A stretch of DNA of 64,000 bases from positions 14,349 through 78,348 of the forward strand of contig CANRIZ010000005.1 in assembly GCA_947630835.1 (NCBI GenBank), given 5' to 3'. The notes beneath the pieces were generated by a model, which did no database searches, was not told where the DNA came from, and worked only from the letters and a program-made list of their open reading frames with translations. The DNA comes from an uncultured Clostridia bacterium. Lineage in GTDB: Bacteria > Bacillota > Clostridia > Oscillospirales > Acutalibacteraceae. Below are positions 38,858 to 48,950 of the stretch, in pieces; the first letter of the stretch is position 1, and each line of letters opens with the position of its first letter. The translations under genes and the position numbers were made by a program.

Positions 38858-40029
38858 TCGGTATCGGTTAAAAGTCCGTTTCTGCACAGCTGTTCGGCTC
38901 TTTTGCACAAATCCTTTGAAATTTCGTAGCTTACCGCCTCCGCTATTATGCTGAGCTCCCTGCCGTTTTTTACGCTGCTCAAACGAACCTTGCCGTGCGG
39001 GAAGGAGAGAAGCGCGCCGTCTCTCGTAAGCTCGACGTTGGGATTTTCGCTCATTTTTGAAAAGCCCTTTTCAACGTCGAAATCAATGCTCAGGCGTTTT
39101 TTTGAAACGTAAAACCGAGGCAGCTCCTTATTCAACCTGAAAAGGCTCTTACCGGTTTCCTCTATAATTTTAAGCAGCTTTACGCTTGCAAAAAGCGCAT
39201 CGCGCATAAAGGCGCTGCTGTTTAAAAGCGCGGCATGCCTGTCGTCGGCAGCATAAAACCTTATAACCTTTTTGCCGTTTGCGCCCGCTATTTTATCAAG
39301 AATCAAGGGAGCGTCGGGCAGAACGCAAATATCCCTGCCGTTTTGAGTTTCGTAATTTGTGATAACGGCGAGTATTCTGTCGTTGGGTATCCAGCCGCAA
39401 TCCCTTGAAAAGACGCTGACGCTTGTGCCGTCGTTGTTTATTTTGAAGGTGTATTCGCCGCCCTGCTTACAGCCGAGCTTGTAAAAGCAATCCTCCATAA
39501 GCATAGCTATTTTCCTGTTTTCGCATTTTACGCCGCAGGAAAGCTCCGAAAGCTCCGAGTCGCTCTGCCGTATAAGCTCCCTGCGGTACATCATATTTAC
39601 GCCCGTCATATCGGTGACCTCGCCGCAGGAAAGTATATCGGTCGCTTTCTGATTTTCATCGCCCAGCGCTTTTTCAAGCTCCCTCTGCTCCCGTGTGCAA
39701 AGCGGCAGGCCGTATCTGCCCAAAACGGTGATTTTTGCCGAAAATGAATTTTGAGAAATAAATATTCCGCAGGGCAAGGAACAGAAATCGACAAAGAACC
39801 GAAACTGCGAAAGGAAGCTGTCGCCTAAATTCCAAACCTGCGAAGACGCGGCGGTAAGCGAACCCGTGAGCGAATATGCGAGGGATTTTGAAAAGTTGCC
39901 GCCGTCGGTTGAAATGCCCACCCTTTTTCCGAAGCCGCAGCTCGCCAAAGCCTTGCCTATCAAGGCGGGATCGGCACTGTTAAGTGATTTACCTTTACAC
40001 AAGAATATGTTGTCGTTTTCGTATTCCAT
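38845..40029 (-). CDS. Hypothetical protein with weak phosphohexomutase-like layout and no recognisable catalytic TASHNP motif
   Basis: 394 aa. GISTDGGNFSKSLAYSLTGSL and GIFISQNSFSAKITVLGRYGLPL resemble domain I of PGM/PMM, but ISQNS occupies the phosphoserine-loop position. Confidence 0.35.
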   Translation of the reverse strand: MEYENDNIFLCKGKSLNSADPALIGKALASCGFGKRVGISTDGGNFSKSLAYSLTGSLTAASSQVWNLGDSFLSQFRFFVDFCSLPCGIFISQNSFSAKITVLGRYGLPLCTREQRELEKALGDENQKATDILSCGEVTDMTGVNMMYRRELIRQSDSELSELSCGVKCENRKIAMLMEDCFYKLGCKQGGEYTFKINNDGTSVSVFSRDCGWIPNDRILAVITNYETQNGRDICVLPDAPLILDKIAGANGKKVIRFYAADDRHAALLNSSAFMRDALFASVKLLKIIEETGKSLFRLNKELPRFYVSKKRLSIDFDVEKGFSKMSENPNVELTRDGALLSFPHGKVRLSSVKNGRELSIIAEAVSYEISKDLCKRAEQLCRNGLLTDTEKSP

Positions 40030-40174
40030 AATAAGCTCCTTCGCTTTTTCGGCTGTTTTTCTATTGATTTTATCAAGCTTATTATTGACCTCGATTGTGA
40101 AATTAATCTTACATATTGTTAAAACGTAAAAAAGATGTTAAAATTATTACATTATATTATCGGGAGTTAATTTT

Positions 40175-40624
40175 ATGGAAACAAGACCTAAGGTTGAAAT
40201 TTTCACGGACGGAGCCTGTGCGGGCAACCCGGGACCCGGAGGCTGGGGTACGGTGCTGCGTTTCGGCAGCGTGCAAAAGGAGCTTTCCGGCGGCGAGGCG
40301 GAAACGACAAACAACCGAATGGAGCTTACTGCGGTTATAGAGGGCTTAAAGGCTTTAAAAATGCCGTGCGACGTTACGCTTACAACCGATTCAAAGTACA
40401 TAGCGGACTCCGTGCTGAAGGGTTGGGCGGTATCTTGGAGAAAAAACGGCTGGATAAGAAGCAACAAAGAACCCGCCCTTAACCCCGACCTTTGGGAGGA
40501 GCTTTTAAGGCTTTTGGAAATACACAACGTACAAATAGTATGGGTAAAGGGGCACTCGGGGCATCCGGAAAACGAGAGATGCGACCGGCTTGCGGTTGCA
40601 CAGTCAAAAAAATTCCTAAAATAA
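40175..40624 (+). CDS. rnhA: Ribonuclease HI
   Basis: [19 protein letters not shown]...[15 protein letters not shown]...TDSKY...[17 protein letters not shown], carrying the DEDD residues. Confidence 0.95.
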   Translation: METRPKVEIFTDGACAGNPGPGGWGTVLRFGSVQKELSGGEAETTNNRMELTAVIEGLKALKMPCDVTLTTDSKYIADSVLKGWAVSWRKNGWIRSNKEPALNPDLWEELLRLLEIHNVQIVWVKGHSGHPENERCDRLAVAQSKKFLK

Positions 40625-40709
40625 ATTGCGTTTTAACTCTTGCAAAGCATACTTATAATGTGATATTATTTTATTACTACATTTTCACAGTAGGATAGGA
40701 TGTGATTCT

Positions 40710-42275
40710 TTGGCAAATTCAGAAGTAATTAATGAAACTCAAATTGAAGAAACTGAACTTGAAAATGAAGTCGAACAAGAAATAGAAAAGGCGTCGGCGG
40801 GCAACAGAAGATATCTTCGCCCGCGTGAAATCGTCGCTTTTCTGCTTACAACCTTCGGTCAAAAGAATTTGGCTCAGTATGTCGAATCCAACAGGCAGTT
40901 CTTCATGATAAGCTTCCTCGGCATTTCGGGTAAGGCTTACGGCTTGATAGTATTCCTCGAATCTATTTACGACGCGCTTGACGATTCGCTTTCCGGTCTT
41001 ATTATCGACAGAACCAGAACCCGTTGGGGCAGGCTTCGTCCCTATATGATAATCACCGTTCCCATTTGGGCGTTCGCTACGTTAATGCTCTTTACCACGC
41101 CCTCCTTCCTGGGCGGTTCGGGCGCCAAGATTGTTTGGGCGGTAATCGCTATTTTTGCCTACAACCTCGGTATGTCGTATTTCGGCGCATGGAACATACT
41201 CCTTTACAACATCACGCCGAATATCAAAGAGCGCGACAACCTTATCGCAACTTCAAAATTCTTTGAGCTTTTCGGCGTATGGCTTCCCTCGCTTGTTTCT
41301 GTTTTGGTAACTTTCCTTCCGAAAATCAGCGACGGCAAAATAGGTATGGAAAGCATTTACACGGGCTTCGCCGTAGCTATGGTTATAATCGCCGGCAGCA
41401 CTGCGGTATACGGCTTCTTTGCAATGCGTGAAAGAGTACCGCTTGCCTCCCGTGAACAGATGCAGGAAATCGGCGTTATAGAGTCGTTTAAAAACGCATT
41501 CAAAAATAAGCCTATGCTTATTTCGGTTATAGCAAACTTCTTCAACAGCTTTAAGTCGGTCGGCGGAGCTACGGAAAGCTTCTTCTGGCTTCACAACACG
41601 GGAAGCCTTTTCAACGCTACCATAGCCGGACTTTTCACGGGACTTCCCAACTATATCGTTACTCCCCTTACCCCGAAGCTCATACATAAATTCGGCGCGA
41701 GGAACACGGCTATCGGTGCGGGCGTTTTCGGCGGAATAACCTACACTCTTATGTTTATTATAGGTTATCAGCCCTTCGGCGCGGCGGGCGCAAAATGGAC
41801 GGGCGTAAATATGGTTCTCAACCTCATTTACCTCACCCTTGCGCTTACGGTATGCGGTCTTCCCAACTGCGTTATCCGCGTTTGCCAGGCGGTTTTGCAG
41901 GGCGACGTTTACGATTACAGCGAATGGAAATACGGCGTTCGTAACGAGGCGCTTGTTCAGACAGTTACAAACTATTTCGGCAAGCTCGCAACGGCGGTTA
42001 CAGGTCTTCTTTCCGGTTTGGTTATCACGGCGGTAGGCTATGTCGCTCATACGGACGCTTTGGGCAATATCATTCAGGAAACCAACCCCTCCGTTCTTAA
42101 TGGCTTCTTTGCGGTATTCGCGCTGCTTCCGGCATTTGCAAGACTTTTCTTCGGCCTTTCATGGCTGTTCTTCCCCGTACACGGAAAGTTTAAGGAAAAT
42201 ATGCTTGCAGAGCTTGAAGAACGCAGAAGCGAAAGAGTAAACAAGCTTGACGGGGAAAACGAAAACAAGGATTAA
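40710..42275 (+). CDS. GPH-family (MFS_2) glycoside/pentoside/hexuronide:cation symporter
   Basis: Canonical GPH signature DALDDSLSGLIIDRTRTRWGRLRPYM, 12 TM segments, and the later motifs ITPNIKERDNL and DYSEWKYGVRNEA. TTG start per the ORF track. Confidence 0.8.
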   Translation: MANSEVINETQIEETELENEVEQEIEKASAGNRRYLRPREIVAFLLTTFGQKNLAQYVESNRQFFMISFLGISGKAYGLIVFLESIYDALDDSLSGLIIDRTRTRWGRLRPYMIITVPIWAFATLMLFTTPSFLGGSGAKIVWAVIAIFAYNLGMSYFGAWNILLYNITPNIKERDNLIATSKFFELFGVWLPSLVSVLVTFLPKISDGKIGMESIYTGFAVAMVIIAGSTAVYGFFAMRERVPLASREQMQEIGVIESFKNAFKNKPMLISVIANFFNSFKSVGGATESFFWLHNTGSLFNATIAGLFTGLPNYIVTPLTPKLIHKFGARNTAIGAGVFGGITYTLMFIIGYQPFGAAGAKWTGVNMVLNLIYLTLALTVCGLPNCVIRVCQAVLQGDVYDYSEWKYGVRNEALVQTVTNYFGKLATAVTGLLSGLVITAVGYVAHTDALGNIIQETNPSVLNGFFAVFALLPAFARLFFGLSWLFFPVHGKFKENMLAELEERRSERVNKLDGENENKD

Positions 42276-42303
42276 TCCGTAAATTTAATAATTCGCAAAA
42301 TTG

Positions 42304-42335
42304 ACAGGGCTGAGTTTTCGGCCCTGTTTTTCTTT
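42304..42335 (+). terminator. Rho-independent terminator after the first GPH gene
   Basis: ACAGGGC-tgagttttcg-GCCCTGT followed by TTTTTC. Confidence 0.7.
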
Positions 42336-42465
42336 GTATATTTTGCAAAAAAATAAATACCGCCAATTATACAAATCTCTAAAATTCATTTTGACCGATT
42401 GAACAAAATTTTAAAATATGATAAAATATTTATTAACAAAAATTCACGAAAAAGGAGGCTCTTAT

Positions 42466-44238
42466 ATGACCGAGCAGAAGCAGGACAAAAATCTAATCGG
42501 TAAGGTTAAATGGCTTTTCGGTGAAATAAAAGAGCATTGGAACCAACCCGCTGAGGGTAAATACGTTCCTTACAAAGAATACTTAAATATATGGCTTGCG
42601 GTAGGCAGTAACTACTCGGGCGTTAAGGCGCTTGAGTACATAACCTTTGCGGCGGGGTGCTACCTGATAATGTATCATTATCAGCTTCCGTATGTTGTTT
42701 TCTCCGCAATAGCGCTTATCAATATGCCTTTGCAGAAGCTGTGGGATATACTCGGCTGGATTATCAACGACAACCTCGGATTTTTGCCCAAGAGAAAGGA
42801 AAAAGGGCTTTACACGGTCTATTTTTTCTCGATAATTATAGGCATATTCCTTATGGTATTTAACTTTACGCCTTACTTAAACCCGCAGAATACCGTAGTT
42901 GCGGCGATTAACTCGATACGAGGCGTTTCGGCGGCGTCGGCAATTAAGATGCTCGGCACGCATATACTTTGGAACGGCTGGGCGGGCTCAAGAAATATTT
43001 TCTGGCGTAAAAAGCTTGTTCCCAAGTTCGGAAGATATAAGTATTTCCTTTATTGCGATATTGTTCCCAAGTGCGTAATGGTTGTGCTTATCGGTTGGCT
43101 TCCCGTTTACAAAATCGACGATATGGTTACGAGAGTTTGGGTTGCAAACGCCCTGTTCTCGCTTTACAATCTGTTCGGCTTCTCAAACTGCCTTGAAACC
43201 TGCACGCAGAACATCAGCCCGAACATGCGTGAAAGAATACTTATAAGAACCTATCCGTTGAAGCTTTCGCATATACTCAATTCCTTAATGGTACTTGTAA
43301 TACCCATGGCAATAGGCTTCCTTAAAGACGAATGGGCGGACATCAACGTTTACAAATACGTTATCCCGATAATCTTTATTTCGTTTGCGATGCTGACCTT
43401 GATATTTGCAAACAAAATTAAAGAGAGAATACCTCAGCCCCCCCTCGAAGAAAAAGTACAAATCAATTTCTGGGACGCCATATTCGGCGTTATGAGAAAC
43501 AAGTACAGATGGGTTATGACCCTTGTGGGACTTCTTGACTCGCTGGGAAACGGTATGCTTGCGTTTACAACGGTCGTATATCTTTACACCCTGCGTTTAA
43601 GCGGTCTTTCGTACGGGCTTATAGTTTCTTTGGTTTCGTTCTGCGGCACGCCGCCCGATTTCTTTACGCCGTACTTTATAAAGAGATTTTCATACAAGCA
43701 GATTATGATTTTCTACTATGTCACCCGCGCTTTGGGCTACGGAATAGTTGTTGCGGCAATATTGCTTTGCGGCGACAACGTAACGCTTTGCGGAATTATC
43801 TGCGTTGCTATGCTGATGCTTTTGGAGGTAACGCACACCATACCCATGGCGGTTCACCACGATATGGAAATACGTATCAACGACTATCAGATGTATCTTT
43901 CGGGCGAGAGGCTTGAAAGCTTTGCCGGAATTTTCGGTTGGTTCACAGGCCCCGTTACAACGCTTATAGGTATGATTATCCCGATATTGCTTTTGAAATA
44001 CGGCTTCAACAGCAACTGGGACGTTCTGTTTGTAGACGCTTCAAGGTCCAAGATAATCGTTATTCCCATACTTTTCGATATAGCGGGTTATCTGCTTATG
44101 ACCATACCGCTGTTTTTCTGGAATTACGACAGCGCAAAGCAGAACAAGGTTATTCAGGTGCTTAAACGCAGAGCCGAAGTAACCGAAAAGAAAGCGGAAA
44201 ATGCCGGCGAATCCGTCGAAGGCAGCTTTGTAGGTTAA
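42466..44238 (+). CDS. Divergent GPH/MFS_2-like polytopic membrane protein with degenerate signature motifs
   Basis: It is collinear with the upstream GPH protein (NISPNMRERILI versus ITPNIKERDNL; DYQMYLSGERLES versus DYSEWKYGVRNEA). The D-x3-G-x3-DR-T motif instead reads WDILGWIINDNLGF. An AGGAGG RBS precedes ATG 42466. Confidence 0.6.
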   Translation: MTEQKQDKNLIGKVKWLFGEIKEHWNQPAEGKYVPYKEYLNIWLAVGSNYSGVKALEYITFAAGCYLIMYHYQLPYVVFSAIALINMPLQKLWDILGWIINDNLGFLPKRKEKGLYTVYFFSIIIGIFLMVFNFTPYLNPQNTVVAAINSIRGVSAASAIKMLGTHILWNGWAGSRNIFWRKKLVPKFGRYKYFLYCDIVPKCVMVVLIGWLPVYKIDDMVTRVWVANALFSLYNLFGFSNCLETCTQNISPNMRERILIRTYPLKLSHILNSLMVLVIPMAIGFLKDEWADINVYKYVIPIIFISFAMLTLIFANKIKERIPQPPLEEKVQINFWDAIFGVMRNKYRWVMTLVGLLDSLGNGMLAFTTVVYLYTLRLSGLSYGLIVSLVSFCGTPPDFFTPYFIKRFSYKQIMIFYYVTRALGYGIVVAAILLCGDNVTLCGIICVAMLMLLEVTHTIPMAVHHDMEIRINDYQMYLSGERLESFAGIFGWFTGPVTTLIGMIIPILLLKYGFNSNWDVLFVDASRSKIIVIPILFDIAGYLLMTIPLFFWNYDSAKQNKVIQVLKRRAEVTEKKAENAGESVEGSFVG

Positions 44239-44253
44239 CGGAGGTGAGTAACT

Positions 44254-45573
44254 GTGAAGAAGAATAAAGAAACAAAAGAGCTTGAAAAGGCTAAGAGAAA
44301 AGCGGCGGAAGAGGAAATTATCGACATACCCGAGGACGAAATCTGGACTTATCAGATAGAAGGTCTTGCGCCTCCGAAAATCAACGCCTCTTACAAGGAT
44401 AAAAAACTGGGAAAAGTGCTTTTTGTTCTTTTTATGGTTGTAGCCATAGCGGCTTCGCTCTATTTCTCGGTAGTTGCGCTTCTTAACACGGGTACGCTCG
44501 ACTATAAGGAAATCGAGGGTAAGGCCGGCGAATACGAGCTTATACAGTTCAGTAACGACGGTTCGGTTAAGGAGTTTAAAATCGACGGCATAGCCAACAT
44601 CAATTACGACGCCAAGGACACGGGTATGCTTCTCGGCGGCGAAAGCACCACCTCCAACATTTCATACGACACAAGCAAAAAGGTCTCCAAAATACACGAA
44701 TACGCCTTTAACTGCGACGGCACGATTCAAACCATCATAATAGGCAAGTACGTTACCGATATTGACGCAAAATCCTTCTATTCCTGCTGGGCGCTTCAAT
44801 GCATTTATGTTGATAAGGATAACCCGAATTACTGCGACGTTGACGGCGTCCTTTACAACAAGGATATGACGGAAATTATCTGCTATCCCATAGACCACGA
44901 CAGGTATCTCCGCCTTAAGAACGGATACGCCCACCTTGAGGACGGCGTTCAGGTTCCCGACCTTGTGGATGACAAGGGAGAGCCTATGGAGGAGCTTTGG
45001 GAGCCTACCGAAAAATACGACGAAGCATTCTTTGAGGAATACAACTTAAAGGTTCGCACCTACGTCCTTCCGTCAACGGTAGAAAAAATCGGTCCGCTTT
45101 GCTTTAACTACGCTAATTTGAGATATGTCTACCTGCCCGAGGGCTTAAAAGAGATAGGCACGCTCGGTTTCTTTGACGCAGGCAACATAAACAACATTTA
45201 CTCCTACAAAACAAGCGAAAAGAATATACAGACCGCTTACACAAAGGGTATGTTCACCGAGGTTTACAATTCTCTTCCCGAGGGGCTTGAAATAATAGGC
45301 TCCGACTGCTTCACAAAGGACAGAGGGCTTACCTACATGTATATCCCCTCAAGCGTTAATTATGTAGGGCACCACGCCTTTTGGGATTCGGTATACAAGG
45401 AGAGCGGCGAGCTTAAAGGTATTGCCGAAATGAACGTCGCCGCAAGCGAGGACGAATTCAAGCAGGGCGAAATAGGTAATCCGTGGCTCGGGAAATACGA
45501 CTATATGCTGTTTAAAAAGAATGTAGACGTAAACTACTCGGCTCAAAGAGCGCCTTTGGAAGAAAACAAATAA
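44254..45573 (+). CDS. Type-II membrane-anchored BspA-type LRR_5 protein
   Basis: GTG start after GGAGGTG, 16 nt after the upstream stop. It has a charged N-terminus, a single TM (VLFVLFMVVAIAASLYFSVVALL), then LRR_5 units (KIHEYAFNCDGTIQTIIIGKYVTDIDAKSFYSCWALQCIYV...VDGVLYNKDMTEIICYP). Confidence 0.75.
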   Translation: MKKNKETKELEKAKRKAAEEEIIDIPEDEIWTYQIEGLAPPKINASYKDKKLGKVLFVLFMVVAIAASLYFSVVALLNTGTLDYKEIEGKAGEYELIQFSNDGSVKEFKIDGIANINYDAKDTGMLLGGESTTSNISYDTSKKVSKIHEYAFNCDGTIQTIIIGKYVTDIDAKSFYSCWALQCIYVDKDNPNYCDVDGVLYNKDMTEIICYPIDHDRYLRLKNGYAHLEDGVQVPDLVDDKGEPMEELWEPTEKYDEAFFEEYNLKVRTYVLPSTVEKIGPLCFNYANLRYVYLPEGLKEIGTLGFFDAGNINNIYSYKTSEKNIQTAYTKGMFTEVYNSLPEGLEIIGSDCFTKDRGLTYMYIPSSVNYVGHHAFWDSVYKESGELKGIAEMNVAASEDEFKQGEIGNPWLGKYDYMLFKKNVDVNYSAQRAPLEENK

Positions 45574-45587
45574 ATTCAAATAAACGA

Positions 45588-45624
45588 AATAACGGGACGT
45601 TCGGCAGAGCGTCCCGTTATTTTT
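45588..45624. terminator. Bidirectional terminator between the convergent LRR gene and the ABC permease gene
   Basis: AATAACGGGACG-ttcggcaga-GCGTCCCGTTATT followed by TTT. Confidence 0.8.
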
Positions 45625-45639
45625 GCAAAAGGGAAATTA

Positions 45640-48195
45640 TTAATCCAAATCCCCTTTCAGGGTTTCTATAATATTGTCGTCCTTAATCTTGGTTGAGGAA
45701 TACAGCAACGCGAGCGCCACTACCGCAAACACGCCGGCCGCCGCAAGCGCATATGGAAGCAAATGCAGATTAAAGCCGAAGTCAAAGCTTCCCGCAAGCG
45801 CCCTATACATGGCGTAGTGGATAAGCACGCTTATGGGAATTGCCGCCGCCAGCGCTCTTGCGCCGTAACGTATTGCTTCAAGATAAATCATCTTTTTAAA
45901 CGACTTGGGAGTCATACCGACCGAGCGAATCATTGCAAATTCCCTGCGCCTTTCGTTCATTGAATTTGAAATTGTATTGATTATATTCATTACGGCTATA
46001 ATCGTTATCAGGGTAATAAAGCCGTAAATAAACACCTTTGCGACTGTAAGGGTATTGTTCATAAGCTTTGCCTCGGCGGCAGGATCGCTGACGGAAAGCA
46101 CATATTTTTCGTCGCCTATGCCGCTTGAAATTTTATCGGCAATTTCCTGCGCCGCCTCCTCCGGAGAGTCCGAAAAAATCATTGCGCTGACTACGGGACT
46201 TCTGTCATCGCCGTTAAAAACCTGACCGATAAAATCAACGGACATCATTATTACGGGCAGGTTTGAATACTGATAATAGAAGCTCTCTTCGTCCCATAGC
46301 TTTGAGGTCTGAACGCCTATATCAAAATCAATATTCTTATAAGCGGACTTGCCGCCGACGACGGAGTCGGTTACTATCTCCGCCCTTATCTTTTTGCCCT
46401 CTATATCCTTAATGGGCTGTGAAGATGTGGATTTTCTGTTTACAGAATTAAACGAGATATTTTGTAATATGGCGGCGGGAGCGTTTTTGTTGTGGAATTT
46501 TTCGCTGTCCTCGCCGAGCGACTTCAGGTAGCCGTCAAGAGAGGCGTTGTCAAGGAATACGAACGCTATGTTATTTTGCTCGGATTTTATCTTTTGAGCC
46601 TCGTCCTCCTTAAAAAAGCTGAGGTCAAGTTTACCGTATTGCGCCGCATAAAAATATGCGCTTTTTACCTTTTTGTTCTCTTTTACGGCTTTTTCAAGCA
46701 GATTGTAATGCTCTGCGTCTGTAGTCACCACCGTATCCGCCGTTCTCGCGTAGCTTGCAACCAAAACGTCTTTAAGCATTGCGCTGAAGCTTGTTGTGGA
46801 CAGGAACACAACCGCGCTCAAGGCAAGAGCAAAGGTTATATTCCTTGACCGCCTGCCGTTTCTTTTGTAATTCTTTACCGCAAGCGCTCCCTCGTAGCCG
46901 AAAAGCTTTTCGCTCAATTTTGAAGCCTTCAGCTTTTTCGCCTTTTTAACCTTAACGGTATTGCTTTGCTTTATCGCCTCTATTGCGCTCGTCCTTGACG
47001 CCTTTCTTGCGGGAATGTAGGACGAAACAAAAATTGTCAGCGCGCTTATTGCGAGCGTGCCCAAAACTACAATTAAGTTTACATATACCTTTAACGAGCC
47101 GACGTAATCAACCGTCAGAGAGCCTATCATAATATCCTCTATGCACCTGAACACGACGTATATTCCGCCTATTCCCGATATAACGCCCAGCGGTATTCCT
47201 ATAAGCCCGAGAATAAAGCCCTCGAAATATACGGACATTCTCTTTTGCCTTTTGGTTGCGCCGACGGAAGCCAACATTCCGAGATATTTTTCCCTTTCCT
47301 GATACGAAACGGCAAAGCTGTCATATATCATAAAAACGGACACGATAACTATAATCAAAAGCAAAATTCCGGCAAAGCCGCCAAGGGAAAGCAGTATGGA
47401 GTTGTCCTTTAAAACTCCGGAATACATAAACAAATCGCTGTGCGTGGCATACGCGCCGTCGCCGCTTTGATGCGATATATCCCCGCCGCTGTTTATGCCG
47501 AGCTCGCCGACGGTTTTTTCGATTTTCTCCCAAATCGAATTGTCAAGCTTGTCGTATTCCACCATAACAAGTGCGCTGTCGACGTTTTCAAACGAGCTTT
47601 TGTCTGTTCCGGTAAAAAACGGCGTGTTATCCGTAGCGGAAACCTCGCTCTTGGTATAGCCGACAACCAGAAATTCCTTTTCAAAGCTTTTGCCGACGTC
47701 CGTTTTGATATTAAGCTTTAAATTGCTTCCAATCGGAATTTTTCGTCCGCTTTTTTCCAAAAGCTTTTCGCACAGCATAATCTCGTTGCTGTTTTGCGGA
47801 TATTTGCCCACGGAAACGACTACGTTACGCAGCTTGAACCATTCGGAGCTGACGGAAAAGACCTGAACGCCGTCGTTCGTTTTATACATGTTATGGGATT
47901 GGTCCGCTTTAAAATCCGTGCTTTTGCCGAGATAAGTTCTTACCCCGTAGCTTTTTATGTTTTCATCGTTTTCGTAAACCTTTTGATGCTCCGGAAAGTT
48001 TTTATCGTCGAACCTCACATGCCAATTTCCGTCAATTGCGACGGTTGCGTTTTGAAAGTATTTTACAAAGGAAATTGCGCTTGTAAATACCGCGCTTACC
48101 ATAGCTACGGAGACGATAATCGCAAGCACGGTAAGAATGCTTCTCTTTTTATGCGTTTTTATATGGCGCAGAGTAAGGGTGTTAATAATGTTCAT
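45640..48195 (-). CDS. ABC transporter permease with two FtsX modules, each preceded by a large extracytoplasmic region
   Basis: 851 aa. N-terminal TM segment, a loop of about 220 aa, three TM segments (FtsX), then a further TM segment, a long loop, and a second FtsX block (REFAMIRSVGMT). Its start abuts the stop of the ATPase gene. Confidence 0.8.
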   Translation of the reverse strand: MNIINTLTLRHIKTHKKRSILTVLAIIVSVAMVSAVFTSAISFVKYFQNATVAIDGNWHVRFDDKNFPEHQKVYENDENIKSYGVRTYLGKSTDFKADQSHNMYKTNDGVQVFSVSSEWFKLRNVVVSVGKYPQNSNEIMLCEKLLEKSGRKIPIGSNLKLNIKTDVGKSFEKEFLVVGYTKSEVSATDNTPFFTGTDKSSFENVDSALVMVEYDKLDNSIWEKIEKTVGELGINSGGDISHQSGDGAYATHSDLFMYSGVLKDNSILLSLGGFAGILLLIIVIVSVFMIYDSFAVSYQEREKYLGMLASVGATKRQKRMSVYFEGFILGLIGIPLGVISGIGGIYVVFRCIEDIMIGSLTVDYVGSLKVYVNLIVVLGTLAISALTIFVSSYIPARKASRTSAIEAIKQSNTVKVKKAKKLKASKLSEKLFGYEGALAVKNYKRNGRRSRNITFALALSAVVFLSTTSFSAMLKDVLVASYARTADTVVTTDAEHYNLLEKAVKENKKVKSAYFYAAQYGKLDLSFFKEDEAQKIKSEQNNIAFVFLDNASLDGYLKSLGEDSEKFHNKNAPAAILQNISFNSVNRKSTSSQPIKDIEGKKIRAEIVTDSVVGGKSAYKNIDFDIGVQTSKLWDEESFYYQYSNLPVIMMSVDFIGQVFNGDDRSPVVSAMIFSDSPEEAAQEIADKISSGIGDEKYVLSVSDPAAEAKLMNNTLTVAKVFIYGFITLITIIAVMNIINTISNSMNERRREFAMIRSVGMTPKSFKKMIYLEAIRYGARALAAAIPISVLIHYAMYRALAGSFDFGFNLHLLPYALAAAGVFAVVALALLYSSTKIKDDNIIETLKGDLD

Positions 48196-48873
48196 TCATC
48201 TCACCTCGTCCCTTACTATTCTGCCGTCCTCGATAGTAATTACCCTGTCGGCGGAAAGCGCAATCCTCTCGTCGTGGGTGATAATGATAACCGTCTGCTT
48301 GAACTCCCTGTTGAATTTCCTCAAAAGCTCTATAATTTCCCTGCTGTTTTCGCTGTCCAAATTTCCCGTCGGCTCGTCGGCAAGCAAAAGAGCGGGATTG
48401 TTAATGAGCGCCCTGCCTATGGAAACCCTCTGCTGCTGTCCTCCGGAAAGCTCCGAGGGCAGGTGGTTAAGCCTTTTGTCAAGCCCGAGCTTTTCCACCA
48501 ATTCGTCAAGCTGTCTTTGGTCGGGTTTTCTGCCGTCAAGCAGCAGCGGCAGGGTGAGATTTTCCTCAACGGTTAAAATCGGAATAAGGTTGTAAAACTG
48601 ATAAACAAGCCCTATCTGCCGCCTTCTGAAAACGGCAAGCGCGGTTTCGTCCAATTTGCCTATGTTTGTCTTGTTGATGATAACGTCGCCGCTTGTGGCG
48701 TTGTCGACCCCTCCCAAGATGTGGAGCAAGGTTGATTTTCCCGAACCGGACGGCCCGATTATTGCGACAAATTCGCCCTGCTGTACGCTGAAGGATACGT
48801 CGTCAAGGGCTTTAACCTCGGTTTCGCCCTTTCCGTAAATTTTGGTTAATTGCTTTGTTTCAAGTATAATCAT
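48196..48873 (-). CDS. ABC transporter ATP-binding protein (MacB/BceA-like)
   Basis: Walker A GPSGSGKSTLL, signature LSGGQQQRVSIGRAL, and Walker B LLLADEPTGNLD. Confidence 0.93.
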   Translation of the reverse strand: MIILETKQLTKIYGKGETEVKALDDVSFSVQQGEFVAIIGPSGSGKSTLLHILGGVDNATSGDVIINKTNIGKLDETALAVFRRRQIGLVYQFYNLIPILTVEENLTLPLLLDGRKPDQRQLDELVEKLGLDKRLNHLPSELSGGQQQRVSIGRALINNPALLLADEPTGNLDSENSREIIELLRKFNREFKQTVIIITHDERIALSADRVITIEDGRIVRDEVR

Positions 48874-48936
48874 TTTACTTTCTCCTTTCAGCCTACATTA
48901 TGGCAGTGAAAAATTACAGCTTCGTGACAAATTCCG

Positions 48937-48950
48937 TTACAATTTTGTCA
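48937..48950 (-). promoter_or_regulatory. Candidate Bce-type response-regulator box upstream of the ABC operon
   Basis: The minus strand reads TGACA-AAAT-TGTAA. This fits the TNACA-N4-TGTAA box that I recall being reported for BceR-like regulators (from memory, to be verified). It lies in the 74-nt gap between the kinase and the ABC genes and overlaps the kinase stop. Confidence 0.4.

Noticed and set aside
41253-42050. A 265-aa ORF antisense to the GPH symporter. Similar long antisense ORFs occur at 11454-12152, 16977-17591, 18857-19498, 26168-26812, 47794-48576 and 55630-56088.
   Set aside because: These are shadow ORFs opposite strongly supported genes. Their translations are Arg/Ser/Leu-rich without recognisable motifs, RBSs or independent promoters.
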